Shown: positions 8,048 through 18,602, numbered from the stretch's first letter. The stretch: DNA of 64,000 nt from an uncultured Actinomycetota bacterium (GCA_963761695.1 CAVXIB010000010.1:69559-133558), one strand, 5' to 3'. Translations and numbers: made by a program. The notes: generated from the letters alone by a model not told the origin.

Positions 8048-10111
8048 TCAGGTCCCGTCGACGCGCCAGACCGAGACCGAGACCGGCACACGGTGGGCCG
8101 CCCGGGGCCGCTCGAGGTCGCTCTCGTCCCACATCGGCAGGCTCAGGGTGAAGTCGTCGACGGGCGTCAGCCCGGCCGGGTCGACCCCCTCGGGCACCGT
8201 CTGCCTGGCCCCGACGACGAAGACGGGCATGTCCGGGAAGGCCCGCTCGTAGAGGGCGAGGATCTCCTCGCGGCGCTCGGGCAGGCTCGGCAGCAGCACC
8301 GACACCTGTCCGCGGGCCAGCCAGACCGGGGTGGCGAACAGCGCGGTGGCGTTGTTGGTGCGCAGCGTGTCCCACAGGAACAGGCCCTGCTCGTCCCCCG
8401 ACAGCGCGGCGATCCGGGCACTGGCCTGGAAGGAGCCCTTCCACTCGTCGTGCCGGCGCAGCGGGACGGACTGCGACAGGAAGACCGCCAGCAGGCCGGC
8501 CAGGGCCAGCCCGGCCAGCGGAGCGAGGACGGCCCGACCCCGGCGGCTGGAGAAGAAGGCGAAGGTGAGCACCAGGGCGATGAGCACGATCACGCCCGGC
8601 AGCACGGTGGGCACGTAGCGGCGGCTCCACCAGAGCATCCGGCTGGAGTTGCGGGCCGAGTAGGCGTAGAGCGGGAACAGCATCAGCGTCGGCAGCACCA
8701 CCACCCAGGCACTTGCCACCCAGCGGCGCAGCGCGACGACGGCGAGGCCGAGGCCCATCAGGGCGAACCCCGGCAGGGTGAGGAACCACGACAGCCGGCG
8801 CAGGACCTGCTCGTCGTAGCTGCGCAGGGTGCGGCCGTTGTAGTCGAAGTAGTCGATGCCGAACAGCCTCGTGCGCAGGAACCCCACGACGAGCAGCACC
8901 GCGGCAAACGAGCAGACGGCCAGGCCCACGGCCACCTGCGGACGCCGCTGTTCCAGCAGCCGCTGCAACGGGTCGAGCGCCACCCGGCCGAGCACCAGGC
9001 GCAGCACCAGGGCGACGACGAACAGCCCGACGACGAGCGCCACGACCTTCGGCAGCGAAGGGATGCCGTTGGCGTTGGAGTAGAACAGCGCGAGCCGGTA
9101 GGCCTGCAGCAGCGCGTGCGGGGTGACGACGGCGAGCCCCGCGACGAACCACCACGACCGGGCGTCCCAGCGACGCAGGGCCACCAGGGCCGCCCCGGTG
9201 CCGGCGGCCAGGAGCACCAGCAGCAGCCCGTCGGGCCGGTTGAGCCAGCCGATCCCGACGAAGAGCCCGGCCAGGGCCGCCGGTCCCCGGCGGCCGGTCT
9301 GCACGGCCAGGACGATCCCGAGCAGGGCGCCCAGGTACAGCGCCTGGGCCAGCACCTCCGTGGTGGGGTAGCGCGTCTGCCAGACCTGGAGCAGGTTCGT
9401 CGCCAGGAGCAGACCCCCGCACAGCCCCGCGACCACCCCCGGAGACCACCAGCGCCCGGTGCGCTCGGGCCAGAGCACGTCGCCGACGCGGCGCAGCAGG
9501 GCGACCAGCACGAGGACCGACAGCACCCCCATGAGCGACACCAGGGCGCGCAGCGCGTCGTAGCCGCCGAGGTCGAGCGAGGTGGCCAGCAGGGCCGGCC
9601 ACAGGTGATAGAACTGCGGCACCACGAGCCCGTCGGTCTCCGGTCCGCGCAGCCACACGCCCGGCATCCGGGCTCCCGGCGAGGCCAGCTGCACCGGCAG
9701 CGGCTTCCCGTCGATCCGGGCCGACAGCACGGGGTCGACAAACGAGTAGTCGCCGGTCCGCGCGATCTCGGCCGCGTGGGTGACGTAGCCGCCGGGGTCC
9801 TTGTCGGCGACGCCGTAGGAGAAGCCCGGGAACGCGAGCGCCGCCATGACGGCCGCCGCCGCCGCCGCGGCGGCCAGTCCCGGGCCGTCCGAGGCGAACC
9901 GGAGCCCGCGGCGCACGAGGACCGCTCCGGCGGCGAGGAGCACCGCAGCGGTGATCGCCACCGCGCCGACGCCGCTGTGCAGCCCCGTGTGCGCGAGCGC
10001 GAGGCTGACCCATCCGAGCAGGGCCACCGTCACCAGCGAGCCGAGGGCGACGGCGTCGAGCGCGGTCAGCGCCGGGCGGGGGCGCGGAACGGCACGGGGG
10101 TCCGCGGTCAC
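8048..10111 (-). CDS. Large polytopic membrane protein, probable GT-C-fold (ArnT/PMT-like) glycosyltransferase
   Basis: About 12 or more hydrophobic helices followed by a soluble C-terminal domain. GTG 10111 is in frame, just after the stop of the upstream phosphatase gene. The function is inferred from architecture alone. Confidence 0.45.
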   Translation of the reverse strand: MTADPRAVPRPRPALTALDAVALGSLVTVALLGWVSLALAHTGLHSGVGAVAITAAVLLAAGAVLVRRGLRFASDGPGLAAAAAAAAVMAALAFPGFSYGVADKDPGGYVTHAAEIARTGDYSFVDPVLSARIDGKPLPVQLASPGARMPGVWLRGPETDGLVVPQFYHLWPALLATSLDLGGYDALRALVSLMGVLSVLVLVALLRRVGDVLWPERTGRWWSPGVVAGLCGGLLLATNLLQVWQTRYPTTEVLAQALYLGALLGIVLAVQTGRRGPAALAGLFVGIGWLNRPDGLLLVLLAAGTGAALVALRRWDARSWWFVAGLAVVTPHALLQAYRLALFYSNANGIPSLPKVVALVVGLFVVALVLRLVLGRVALDPLQRLLEQRRPQVAVGLAVCSFAAVLLVVGFLRTRLFGIDYFDYNGRTLRSYDEQVLRRLSWFLTLPGFALMGLGLAVVALRRWVASAWVVVLPTLMLFPLYAYSARNSSRMLWWSRRYVPTVLPGVIVLIALVLTFAFFSSRRGRAVLAPLAGLALAGLLAVFLSQSVPLRRHDEWKGSFQASARIAALSGDEQGLFLWDTLRTNNATALFATPVWLARGQVSVLLPSLPERREEILALYERAFPDMPVFVVGARQTVPEGVDPAGLTPVDDFTLSLPMWDESDLERPRAAHRVPVSVSVWRVDGT

Positions 10112-10113
10112 CC

Positions 10114-10743
10114 TCAGGCTCCGAAGCCGGGACGCCGGGAGACCGCTCCCGCGGGCTCGCTGTAGGTGACGTGCAGCAGCCGGTCGTCCTCCCAGGTCAG
10201 CGACGTCAGGGAGGCCAGGCCGCACTGCCGCAGGTCGGGCCGGTGCCACAGCCTGCGACCCTCGACCCAGCGGCGGCAGGTCCAGATGGGCAGCTGGTGG
10301 CTCACGCAGACGGCCTCGTGGCCGAGCGCCGCGTCGCGGGCGGTCTCGGCCGCGGCGAGCATGCGCTGGGCCACCACCTGGTAGGGCTCGCCCCAGGACG
10401 GGGTGAACGGGTTCCACAGGAACGGCCAGTTCGCCGGGTGCTTGAGCGCGCCGTCGCCGACGCCGAAGGTCTTGCCCTCGAAGTGGTTGCTGCTCTCGAT
10501 CAGCCGCGCGTCGGTGGCGATCGGCAGCCCCAGGACCTCGCTCATCGGCGCGGCCGTCTCCTGGGCGCGCTGCAGCGGGCTGGCCACCAGGTGGGTGACG
10601 TCGCGGCCGCGCAGGGCCTCGGCGGCGTCGCGGGCCATCTGGTGGCCGGTCTCGGACAGCCCGAACCCGGGCAGCCGCCCGTAGAGCACGCCGCCGGGGT
10701 TCTCGACCTCGCCGTGCCGCAGCAGGTGCACCGTCGTCCTCAC
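10114..10743 (-). CDS. Histidine phosphatase (phosphoglycerate mutase) family protein
   Basis: Catalytic LLRHGE motif at the N-terminus and [10 protein letters not shown] further in. GTG 10743 overlaps the hemL stop (GTGA). Confidence 0.85.
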   Translation of the reverse strand: MRTTVHLLRHGEVENPGGVLYGRLPGFGLSETGHQMARDAAEALRGRDVTHLVASPLQRAQETAAPMSEVLGLPIATDARLIESSNHFEGKTFGVGDGALKHPANWPFLWNPFTPSWGEPYQVVAQRMLAAAETARDAALGHEAVCVSHQLPIWTCRRWVEGRRLWHRPDLRQCGLASLTSLTWEDDRLLHVTYSEPAGAVSRRPGFGA

Positions 10744-12116
10744 GCGCGGTCCTTCGCGGTGGCCGGGGTGGGGGTCTCGGCGGCGGGCACGGCGGCCGCC
10801 GCCCGCGCCGCGTACGGGACGGCGTCGGCGATCCGGGCGAGCGCGGCGTCGTCGTGCGCCGCGCTGACGAACCACGCCTCGTAGGCCGACGGCGGCAGGT
10901 ACACCCCGCGCGACAGCATCGCGTGGAAGAAGGCCGTGTAGCGCTCGGTCGCCTGCCGGGTCGCGCTCGCGTAGTCGACCACCTCGTGGTCGGCGAAGAA
11001 GATGCTGAACAGGCTGCCGGCGCGGTTCACCCGGTGGGCGACGCCCTCTGCCGTGAGCGCGTCGGAGGCCAGCGCCGCGACGGCGGCGGCCGTGGCGTCG
11101 ACGTGCGCGTAGACCTCGTCGGTGCAGGCGTCGAGCGTGGCCTTGCCGGCCGCGACCGCGAGCGGGTTCCCGGAAAGGGTGCCCGCCTGGTAGACCGGCC
11201 CGGCCGGTGCGAGGTTGGCCATGACGTCGGCCCGACCCCCGAAGGCGGCCGCCGGGAGCCCGCCGCCCATCACCTTGCCGAAGGTGAACAGGTCGGCGTC
11301 GACCCCTCCGCCCTCGGCGGGGTCCAGGCCGTAGTGGCCGGCCCGGCTGACCCGGAAGCCGGTCATGACCTCGTCGCTGATGAGCAGCGCGCCGTGGCGC
11401 CGGCAGAGCTCGAGCAGGCCGGCGTTGAAGCCGGGACGCGGCGGGACCACCCCCATGTTGGCGGCGGCCGCCTCGGTGATGACGCAGGCGATCGCGTCGC
11501 CGAACTCGGCGAAGGCTGCCTCGACGGCGGCCAGGTCGTTGTACGGCAGCACGATCGTGTCGGCGGCGCTCGCCCCGGTGACCCCGGGGGTGTCGGGCAG
11601 CCCGAAGGTGACCAGGCCCGAGCCGGCGCTGGCGAGCAGGGCGTCGACGTGGCCGTGGTAGCAGCCGGCGAACTTCACGACCTTGCTGCGACCGGTGGTG
11701 CCCCGGGCCAGCCGGACGGCGCTCATCGTCGCCTCGGTGCCGCTGTTGACCAGGCGCACCTGCTCGACAGGGGCGACCCGCGCCACGATCTCCTCGGCCA
11801 GGGCGACCTCACCGGGGCTCGGCGTGCCGTAGGACGTGCCGCGGGTGGCGGCGTCGCGCAGCGCCTCGACCACCGCGGGGTGGGCGTGGCCCAGGATCAT
11901 CGGGCCCCAGGAGCACACGAGGTCGACGTACTCGCGGCCGTCGGCGTCGGTCAGGTACGGGCCCGAACCGCTGACCATGAAGCGCGGGGTGCCGCCCACC
12001 GCGCGGAACGCCCGGACGGGGCTGTTGACCCCGCCGGGCACCACCGCGAGGGCACGGTCGAACAGCGCCTGGGACGCGGGGGCGTCGTAGGGGTAGGGCA
12101 GGGCCGGGGAGGTCAC
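10740..12116 (-). CDS. hemL: Glutamate-1-semialdehyde 2,1-aminomutase
   Basis: [20 protein letters not shown] and DEVMTGFR motifs with the PLP-lysine context [11 protein letters not shown] 12116 gives 458 aa. The longer track ORF runs into the neighbouring VOC gene. Confidence 0.95.
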   Translation of the reverse strand: MTSPALPYPYDAPASQALFDRALAVVPGGVNSPVRAFRAVGGTPRFMVSGSGPYLTDADGREYVDLVCSWGPMILGHAHPAVVEALRDAATRGTSYGTPSPGEVALAEEIVARVAPVEQVRLVNSGTEATMSAVRLARGTTGRSKVVKFAGCYHGHVDALLASAGSGLVTFGLPDTPGVTGASAADTIVLPYNDLAAVEAAFAEFGDAIACVITEAAAANMGVVPPRPGFNAGLLELCRRHGALLISDEVMTGFRVSRAGHYGLDPAEGGGVDADLFTFGKVMGGGLPAAAFGGRADVMANLAPAGPVYQAGTLSGNPLAVAAGKATLDACTDEVYAHVDATAAAVAALASDALTAEGVAHRVNRAGSLFSIFFADHEVVDYASATRQATERYTAFFHAMLSRGVYLPPSAYEAWFVSAAHDDAALARIADAVPYAARAAAAVPAAETPTPATAKDRA

Positions 12117-12139
12117 CCCTCCAGTGTCGCCGACGCGGG

Positions 12140-12931
12140 TCAGTCCTGGCGCTCGGGGACCGGCTGCCCGGTGTTGTTCTCGTAGACCCAGAAGGTGGCG
12201 CCCTCGGGGTCGACGACCGGAGCCATCCGTCCGTAGGGGGTGTCGAACGGCGGCGCCGGCACCGTCCCACCGGCCGCGGTCGCCGCGGCGCAGGCGGCGT
12301 CGGCGCTCTCGACGGCGAAGTAGACCAGCCAGTGCGACGGGCCCTCGTCGCCCATCATCGGGCCGATCCCGCCGTAGGGGGCGGCGTCGGCGGCGGGTCC
12401 GAAGGTGACGTAGTCCGGGCCGGCCATCTCGACCGGCGTCGTCGCGAAGCCGAACAGCCCCGTGTAGAAGGCCTGCGCCGCGGCCGGCTCGGTCGAGCGC
12501 AGGTCCTCCCAGGCCAGGCAGCCCGGCTCGCCCACCAGCTGGCTGCCGACGAAGGTGCCCGCCTGCCAGAGGCCGAACATCGCTCCGGACGGGTCGGCGG
12601 CGATGACCATGCGACCGAGGTCCATCACGTCCCTCGCGGGGGCGACCAGGCTGCCGCCGTGCGCGGTGATCGCCGCCGAGGTCGCGTCGGCGTCCTCGGT
12701 GGCGAAGTACAGCGTCCAGGCCGTGCGGGCCCCCGGCTGAGTCGGGCCGATCCCCGCGGTCGAGGCGCCTGCCACGTGCGCGACGACGTAGCCGCCGAAC
12801 TGCTCGTCCGGCGCGGGCACCTCCCACCCGAGGACGGAGGCGTAGAAGCGCCCCGCCGCCTCGACGTCGTCGGCCATGAGGTCGGCCCAGCAGGGGGTTC
12901 CGGGGGTCCAGGGAGTGCTCCGGGTGCTCAT
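12140..12931 (-). CDS. Two-domain VOC (glyoxalase/bleomycin-resistance) family protein
   Basis: Duplicated VOC halves ([10 protein letters not shown] / FYTGLFGF followed by WLVYFAV-type strands). Confidence 0.75.
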   Translation of the reverse strand: MSTRSTPWTPGTPCWADLMADDVEAAGRFYASVLGWEVPAPDEQFGGYVVAHVAGASTAGIGPTQPGARTAWTLYFATEDADATSAAITAHGGSLVAPARDVMDLGRMVIAADPSGAMFGLWQAGTFVGSQLVGEPGCLAWEDLRSTEPAAAQAFYTGLFGFATTPVEMAGPDYVTFGPAADAAPYGGIGPMMGDEGPSHWLVYFAVESADAACAAATAAGGTVPAPPFDTPYGRMAPVVDPEGATFWVYENNTGQPVPERQD

Positions 12932-12941
12932 GGGGCGGTGT

Positions 12942-14216
12942 CTAGCCCCGGGACAGCACCGCCGTCAACGCCTGCACCATGAGCGGCACGTCGGCGGCCG
13001 AGGCCAGCTCGCGGCACGAGTGCATCCCGAGCATCGGGCTCCCGACGTCGAGCGTGGAGATGCCCAGGCGCATTGCCGTGAGCGGCCCGATGGTCGACCC
13101 GCAGGGGAGGTCGGCGCGGGTCACGAACGACTGCACCGGCACGCCCGCGTCGCGGCACAGGGCGCTGAACCAGCCTCCGCTGCGGGCGTCGGTGGCGTAG
13201 CTCTGGTTGGCGTTCAGCTTGAGCACGGGGCCGCCACCGAGCACCGGGGCGTGCTGCGGCTCGTGCCGCTCGCCCTGGGTGGGGTGCTGCGCGTGGGCCA
13301 TGTCGGCGCTGACCAGCGTGCTGCGGGCGATCGCCACGTGCAGGTCCTGCGGGTCGGTCGACCCGGTGGCCGCCACCAGCCGGGCGACGACGTCGGCGAG
13401 GAAGCTGCCGCGGGCGCCCTCCATGGAGCCGCTGCCGACCTCCTCGTGGTCGTTGGCGACCCACAGCTGGGTGTGCGCGGCGGGCTCGGCGGCGAGCAGG
13501 GCCAGCAGGGCGCTGTGGCACGAGCCCAGGTTGTCCAGCCGCGGGCCGGCGATCCACGAACCGTCGGCCCCCGTGGCGGCCGCAGGCTGGGTGTCGGCCA
13601 GCACGAGGTCGTGCCCGACGACGTCGTCGGGGTCGACCCCCGCGACGGCGGCCAGCGACGCCAGCAGCGACGGCTCGCCGTGCCGGGCGCCCCACACGGG
13701 GACGAGCTGGTGCTGCGGGTCGAGCGTGAGCCCCTCCCGCACGCTGCGGTCGAGGTGGATGGCCAGGCTGGGCAGCCGGATCGGGCCCCCGGGCAGCAGC
13801 ACCGGGTGCAGGACGCCGTCGCTGGTGGCGAGCCGCCCGGCGACGGTCAGCTCGCGGTCGAGCCAGGTGTGGGCGAGCAGCCCGCCGTAGGGCTCGACGC
13901 CGATCAGCCGGTAGCCACCGCGGAGCACGTCGTAGCGGGGGCGCACCTTGAAGGTCGGCGAGTCGGTGTGGGTGCCGACCAGGCGCATCCCGGCGTCGGG
14001 CAGCGGTGCGGTGCCGACCCGGAAGGCGATCAGGCTGCCGCCGTCGCGGACGACGAACCGCGCGTCGCCGGGCGACAGGGTCCACCGTTCGTCCTCGCGC
14101 AGGGCCGTGAAGCCCGCGGCCCTGAGCCGCCGGGCGCTCTCGAGCACGGCGTGGAACGGCGACGGCGAGGCGTCGACGAAGGCGCGCAGGTCGGCGCCGG
14201 CGGTCTCGGGGGTCAT
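12942..14216 (-). CDS. M18 family aminopeptidase
   Basis: N-terminal FVDASPSPFHAV, then GTHTDSPTFKV and a C-terminal GSTIGP...GISTLDVG..MLGMHS motif, typical of aspartyl aminopeptidases. Confidence 0.85.
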   Translation of the reverse strand: MTPETAGADLRAFVDASPSPFHAVLESARRLRAAGFTALREDERWTLSPGDARFVVRDGGSLIAFRVGTAPLPDAGMRLVGTHTDSPTFKVRPRYDVLRGGYRLIGVEPYGGLLAHTWLDRELTVAGRLATSDGVLHPVLLPGGPIRLPSLAIHLDRSVREGLTLDPQHQLVPVWGARHGEPSLLASLAAVAGVDPDDVVGHDLVLADTQPAAATGADGSWIAGPRLDNLGSCHSALLALLAAEPAAHTQLWVANDHEEVGSGSMEGARGSFLADVVARLVAATGSTDPQDLHVAIARSTLVSADMAHAQHPTQGERHEPQHAPVLGGGPVLKLNANQSYATDARSGGWFSALCRDAGVPVQSFVTRADLPCGSTIGPLTAMRLGISTLDVGSPMLGMHSCRELASAADVPLMVQALTAVLSRG

Positions 14217-14225
14217 GCCCCGACG

Positions 14226-14602
14226 CTAGGTCGTGCGCAGCCACAGCAGCCCGAGGACCGGCAGCACCAGCGGGACGAAGCCGTACCCCGAGCCGTAGAC
14301 CGGACCAGACGGTCGCGTCGGGGAAGGCGGCCCGGTCGGCCAACGACAGGGTGCCGACCGTCAGGACACCGACCAGCTCGAACGCCACCGCCGTCAGGGC
14401 CGTCCGACGCTGCTCGCGCAGCAGCGCCACCGTCGCCACCAGGTACACCGCCGCCGCCAGCGCCGACAGCAGGTAGGCCAGCGGCGCCTGCCCGAACCGG
14501 GTCGCGAGCTGCACCGCGGCGCGGGCCCCCGCCGCGAGCGGTGAAGACGGCGTAGACCGCCACGAGCAGCCGCCCCGGCCCCGACGAGATGCGGCCCGTC
14601 AC
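14226..14602 (-). pseudogene. Small conserved-type 4-TM membrane protein, readable only across three frames (two frame disruptions as sequenced)
   Basis: GTG 14602 overlaps the upstream stop. ...GRLLVAVYAVF is in one frame, PLAAGARAAVQLATRFGQAPLAYLLSALAAAVYLVATVALL...DATVWSG in the next, and VYGSGYGFVPLVLPVLGLLWLRTT* in the third. Length is not a multiple of 3. Confidence 0.45.
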
Positions 14603-14946
14603 GCGGTCGCCTGCAGCCGCAGCTCGACGACGGCGACCACCAGGCAGCCGGCCCCGAGCACCAGGCTGCCGAACCGGGTCCGCTCCTCGACCGTCAACGC
14701 GAAGGCTCCGGGCAGCAGCAGCACCGACAGGAGCAGGTAGCCGGCGTAGGTGCCCGTGCTGGGCGGGGAGTCGCTCCCCTGCAGCAGCCGGTAGCCCTGC
14801 AGCGCCGCCTGCACCAGCAGCAGGGCCTGCAGCGCCAGGACGGCGCGCAGCAGCCCGCGGTCGGGCGCCCGGTCGCGCAGGCCGAGCACCGCCGCGTACA
14901 GCCCGACCAGCAGCGTGGCGAGCAGGACGGCGGGGAGCAGCAGCAC
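14599..14946 (-). CDS. Hypothetical membrane protein (115 aa, about 4 TM)
   Basis: The intact ORF is hydrophobic throughout and has high GC3. Its stop overlaps the next gene's start. Confidence 0.5.
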   Translation of the reverse strand: MLLLPAVLLATLLVGLYAAVLGLRDRAPDRGLLRAVLALQALLLVQAALQGYRLLQGSDSPPSTGTYAGYLLLSVLLLPGAFALTVEERTRFGSLVLGAGCLVVAVVELRLQATA

Positions 14947-14955
14947 CGGCGAACG

Positions 14956-15866
14956 CTAGCCCTGCGCCTGCACGAAGCCCACGACGGCGCTGACGACGGC
15001 GGACGCCACGACCTCCTGGCCCTTGCCGCTCACCAGGAGGTCGGCGTCGGCGGCGTCGCGCAGGTTGCCGACGTCGAGCGCGCACCACCGGGACGGTCGA
15101 CCGGTCGAACGGGCCCAGGCCGGAGCGCTCGTCGAGGCCGAACAGCCCGACGTCGTCGGCGTAGGCGAGCCCGGCCGACAGCAGGGCGTCCCGCAGGCCC
15201 ACGGCCAGTGCCCGCGACGGCCCGCGGACGTCGACCTGTGGCGCAGCCGCGGTGGGGACCGTGACCGAGAAGCCGTGACCGGTCGCCGTGGCGCCCTCGG
15301 CGTGCAGGGAGACCAGCAGGTCGGCCCGTTCCCGGGGCGCCACCGCCGCGCGCGCGTCCACGCACGGACCCACCCCGCGGTCGGACGGCCGGGTGAGCAC
15401 CACCCGCGCGCCGAGTGCCGTCAGGGAGCGCCGGGCTGCGGTGGCGATCCGCCAGACCACCGTCGACTCGGGGTACCCGGCGGCCGTCGCCGCCCCCGCG
15501 GTGCCGCAGGCGGTCCGGACGCCCCCGGCCTGCACCTCCCGCGAGAGCTGCTCGGGTCGCGTGTCGTCGTCGAGGTCGTGCCCGGGGTCCAGGACCACGG
15601 TGCGGCCGGCCAGCAGCTGCGGGAACGCTCCGGCCGTGGTGACGGTGGGGGTGGCGGCCGACGGCGTCGGTGTCGGCTGTCGGCGTCGGTGTCGACGTCG
15701 GGAGGCCGGGCCCGGACGGCAGGACCTGCACCGCTGGGGGGGCGGCGTCGGGCGGGGAACCGAGCTGCAGCCCCGCGTTCAGCAACAGGCCCAGTCCACC
15801 CACCAGGCAGCCGCCGGCGACCGCCGCGGTCAGGGCGAACCGCCAGGGAGCCCTCGGCACCGCCAT
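14956..15866 (-). pseudogene. N-acetylmuramoyl-L-alanine amidase (Amidase_3 type) with two frame disruptions as sequenced
   Basis: The signal/TM segment MAVPRAPWRFALTAAVAGGCLVGGLGLLL... is in one frame. The catalytic core ...RTVVLDPGHDLDDD...LLVSLHAEG... is in a second. The C-terminal ALDVGNLRDAADADLLVSGKGQEEVASAVVSAVVGFVQAQG* is in a third. Total length is 911 nt. Confidence 0.6.
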
Positions 15867-15947
15867 GCTCCTCCTCGGACCGGACGTCGACGGCGCCCCG
15901 GACGGACACTCCACCAGACTGGGCGTCCCCGCCGCGCAAGGAGCAGC

Positions 15948-16814
15948 ATGCCCGTCCCCGTCCTGCTCCCGTTCGTCCTCGTGTCGTTCGCGGCCAACTC
16001 GCTGATCACCCGGCACGTGGTCGCCGACGGCCTGCTCGACGCCGGGCTGCTGTCCGCCGTCCGCTTCGTCGCCGGCGCCGTCGTCCTGCTGGCGATCACG
16101 CTGGCCCGCCGGGAGCGGCCGGTGGTGGGCGCCGCCAACGTGCGGCCGGCCCTGTGGCTGGGCCTGTACGCGCTGGCGATCTCCTACGGCTACGCCAGGA
16201 TCGGGGCGGCCCCGGGCACGTTCGTGTTCTACGCCGCGGTGCTCCTGACCCTGGTGGCCGGCGACCTCGCCGGACGGGTCGAGGTGGCCCCCCGTCGTGC
16301 CGTCGGCGCCGCGGTGTCCCTCGTGGGACTCGGCGTGCTGGCCGCCGGCTCCATCGACACGGTCACCCCCGCGGGCGTGGCCCTGCTGGCTGCGACCGGC
16401 GTCTTCTGGGGGCTCTACACCGCGGCCGGTCGCACCGGGACCGACCCGCGGGTCGCCACCACCGGGCACTTCCTGCTGCTCGCGGCCGTCGTCGCCCTGC
16501 CCGCGGCGGCGGGGATGGCCGCAGGGCTGCACGTGACGGCGTCCGGCCTGGCCTGGGCAGCCGTGCTGGGCGCTGGTCCGACCGCCCTGGCCTACGTCGC
16601 CTGGTACGCCTGCCAGCGCACCCTGTCCGGGGCCACCGCCGGCTCGGTGCAGCTGGTCATCCCCCTGCTGACCACGGCCGGCGCCGTCGCCCTGCTGGAC
16701 GAACCCGTCACGGCGCGGCTGCTGGCGGCCGCCGTCCTCGTGGTGTCGGGCCTGTGGCTCGGACGGGCCCGCAGCGCCCCGACGCGAACCGAACCGGTGC
16801 GCGCTGCGTCCTAG
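15948..16814 (+). CDS. EamA/DMT family transporter
   Basis: About 10 TM helices in two EamA-like halves. ATG 15948 follows GGAG. Confidence 0.8.
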   Translation: MPVPVLLPFVLVSFAANSLITRHVVADGLLDAGLLSAVRFVAGAVVLLAITLARRERPVVGAANVRPALWLGLYALAISYGYARIGAAPGTFVFYAAVLLTLVAGDLAGRVEVAPRRAVGAAVSLVGLGVLAAGSIDTVTPAGVALLAATGVFWGLYTAAGRTGTDPRVATTGHFLLLAAVVALPAAAGMAAGLHVTASGLAWAAVLGAGPTALAYVAWYACQRTLSGATAGSVQLVIPLLTTAGAVALLDEPVTARLLAAAVLVVSGLWLGRARSAPTRTEPVRAAS

Positions 16815-16818
16815 CGGC

Positions 16819-17385
16819 ATGGACGCTCCGAACCGGCCCGACGGGCCGCCCGCCGACCGGGACCTCGAGGACTGGCTCGCCGAGCGCTACCCGACCGCCT
16901 TCCGCACCGCCTGCCTGGTGCTCGGCGACCCGCACGACGCGCAGGACGCCGTGCAGGAGGCCTACCTCAAGGTGTTCCGGTTCCGCGACGCGATCCCGGG
17001 CGGCGACGGTCGGCGGGCGTGGCTCTACCGCGTGGTGGTCAACGCCTGCCTGTCGCGCGTGCGGTCCGAGCAGGCCCGCACCGGGCGCGACGTCGGGCCG
17101 GCCGCCCTGGAGCTCCTCCAGGACGACGCCGCCGGACCCGACCGCTCGGCCGAGCGCAGCCAGCTCGCCGCCGACATGGTGGCTGCCCTGGCCGACCTGC
17201 CGGAGCACCTGCGGGTGCCGCTGGTCCTGCGCTTCTACGCGGGACTGTCGGAGAAGGAGATCGCCGTCGCGATCGACCGGCGCCCCGGAACCGTGAAGAG
17301 CCGCCTGCACGACGCGAGGCAGCGGCTGGCCCTGGACCCGCGGCTGTCCGCCTGGGTCCGCGACGACGAGCTGGAGACGGTCTGA
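16819..17385 (+). CDS. ECF (sigma-70 family) RNA polymerase sigma factor
   Basis: Region 2 (DAQDAVQEAYLKVFR...WLYRVVVNACL) and region 4 (LPEHLRVPLVLRFYAGLSEKEIAVAIDRRPGTVKSRL). Confidence 0.85.
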   Translation: MDAPNRPDGPPADRDLEDWLAERYPTAFRTACLVLGDPHDAQDAVQEAYLKVFRFRDAIPGGDGRRAWLYRVVVNACLSRVRSEQARTGRDVGPAALELLQDDAAGPDRSAERSQLAADMVAALADLPEHLRVPLVLRFYAGLSEKEIAVAIDRRPGTVKSRLHDARQRLALDPRLSAWVRDDELETV

Positions 17386-18536
17386 TGGGCACGTTCACCG
17401 ACGACGACCTGCGGCACCTGCTGGGCGAGGCTGCCGCCTCCTACGACGTGCCGGACGACGCCGCCGACGAGACGGTGGCCACCCTGGCCGAGGACCGGAC
17501 GGTCGTGCCGCTGCTGCGGCGCCGGCCGGTGCAGCTGATCTCGGCCGCCGCGGCCGTGGCGGTGGTCCTGCTCGGCATCGGGCTGTTCCAGGGGGACCGG
17601 GTCGACCGGGTCGGGCAGCTGGCCGGGTCGTCCGGGGACCTGCAGAGCGGAGCCGGCCGGGTGCCCGCCGCGGGGCCGGAAGCGCTGCCGAACACCAAGG
17701 GCCTCGACGACAGGGCCTTCACGTCCGACACTGCCGGCTCGAGCGGTGGCACGGCGCCCGGCGCGAGCGGTGGCACGGCGGCCAGCGCCGGCGTCGCCGC
17801 TGCTGCTCCCGTGCCGGTCGCGGGCGCCGTCGCCGGGAGCGCCGCGGCGGTGCCGACCGACGGCGCCCGGATCGTCAAGAAGGGTTCGGTCGCGCTGGTC
17901 GTCGACGACGGCCGGGTCAGCTCCACGCTGACCCGCGTCGCGGGGTTCGCCGACGCGGTCGACGGCCTCGTGGCCAGCGGCCGCACCGAGGAGGCCGGCG
18001 ACACGCCGTCGGGGTCGCTGACCCTGCGGGTGCCGGTGGACGCCTTCGAGCGGGTCGTGGACCAGGTGCGGGGCCTGCCCGGGGAGGTGAAGGCCGCCAC
18101 CACGAGCGGCCAGGACGTGACGGCGCAGTACGCCGACGTCGAGACGCAGCTGCGGACGCTCAAGGCGGCCCGGGAGCGTTTCCTGACGATTCTGGCCCGG
18201 GCGAACAGCATCGGCGACGTGCTCGCGGTGCAGCAGCGGGTCGACGAGGTCACGGGCCGGATCGACCGGCTCGAAGGCCAGCGACGGGTCCTGGCCGACC
18301 AGAGCGACACCGCCACCCTGGTGGTCACCGTGACCGAGGCGGCCGACGAGCCGGCGGTGGTGGAGCCCGACACCGGGTTGTCGAAGGCGTTCTCCGACGC
18401 CTGGACCGGGTTCACCAGCGGGGTGGAGGGGCTGATCCGGTTGTCCGGGCGCGGCGTTCTGCTGCTGCTGGTCCTGGGGCTGGGCTACGCCGCCGTGCGC
18501 GGGGGCCGGCGCGCGCTGCGGCGTCGGGCGCTCTGA
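17385..18536 (+). CDS. DUF4349-type membrane protein co-transcribed with the ECF sigma (possible anti-sigma or partner)
   Basis: ATG overlaps the sigma stop by 1 nt (TGATG). N-terminal cytoplasmic segment, TM, coiled-coil region (QYADVETQLRTLKAARERFLTIL...VLAVQQRVDEVTGRIDRLEGQRRVL) and a C-terminal TM. Confidence 0.65.
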   Translation: MGTFTDDDLRHLLGEAAASYDVPDDAADETVATLAEDRTVVPLLRRRPVQLISAAAAVAVVLLGIGLFQGDRVDRVGQLAGSSGDLQSGAGRVPAAGPEALPNTKGLDDRAFTSDTAGSSGGTAPGASGGTAASAGVAAAAPVPVAGAVAGSAAAVPTDGARIVKKGSVALVVDDGRVSSTLTRVAGFADAVDGLVASGRTEEAGDTPSGSLTLRVPVDAFERVVDQVRGLPGEVKAATTSGQDVTAQYADVETQLRTLKAARERFLTILARANSIGDVLAVQQRVDEVTGRIDRLEGQRRVLADQSDTATLVVTVTEAADEPAVVEPDTGLSKAFSDAWTGFTSGVEGLIRLSGRGVLLLLVLGLGYAAVRGGRRALRRRAL

Positions 18537-18602
18537 CCGGCTCGCCGGTATTGCTGCCGCGGCGGGGGCGTGCCCCGACCGGGGGGCGGGCACGGACTGC
18601 CC

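Noticed and set aside
7574-10165. 863-codon + ORF and 674-codon - ORF (7989-10013) over the GT-C membrane gene
   Set aside because: These are off-frame or antisense shadows, Arg/Gly/Pro-rich. The hydrophobic multi-TM frame (8048-10111) is the only biologically sensible one.
10740-12827. 695-codon version of hemL
   Set aside because: The extension beyond GTG 12116 overlaps the VOC gene in another frame and translates to Arg/Gly-rich sequence.
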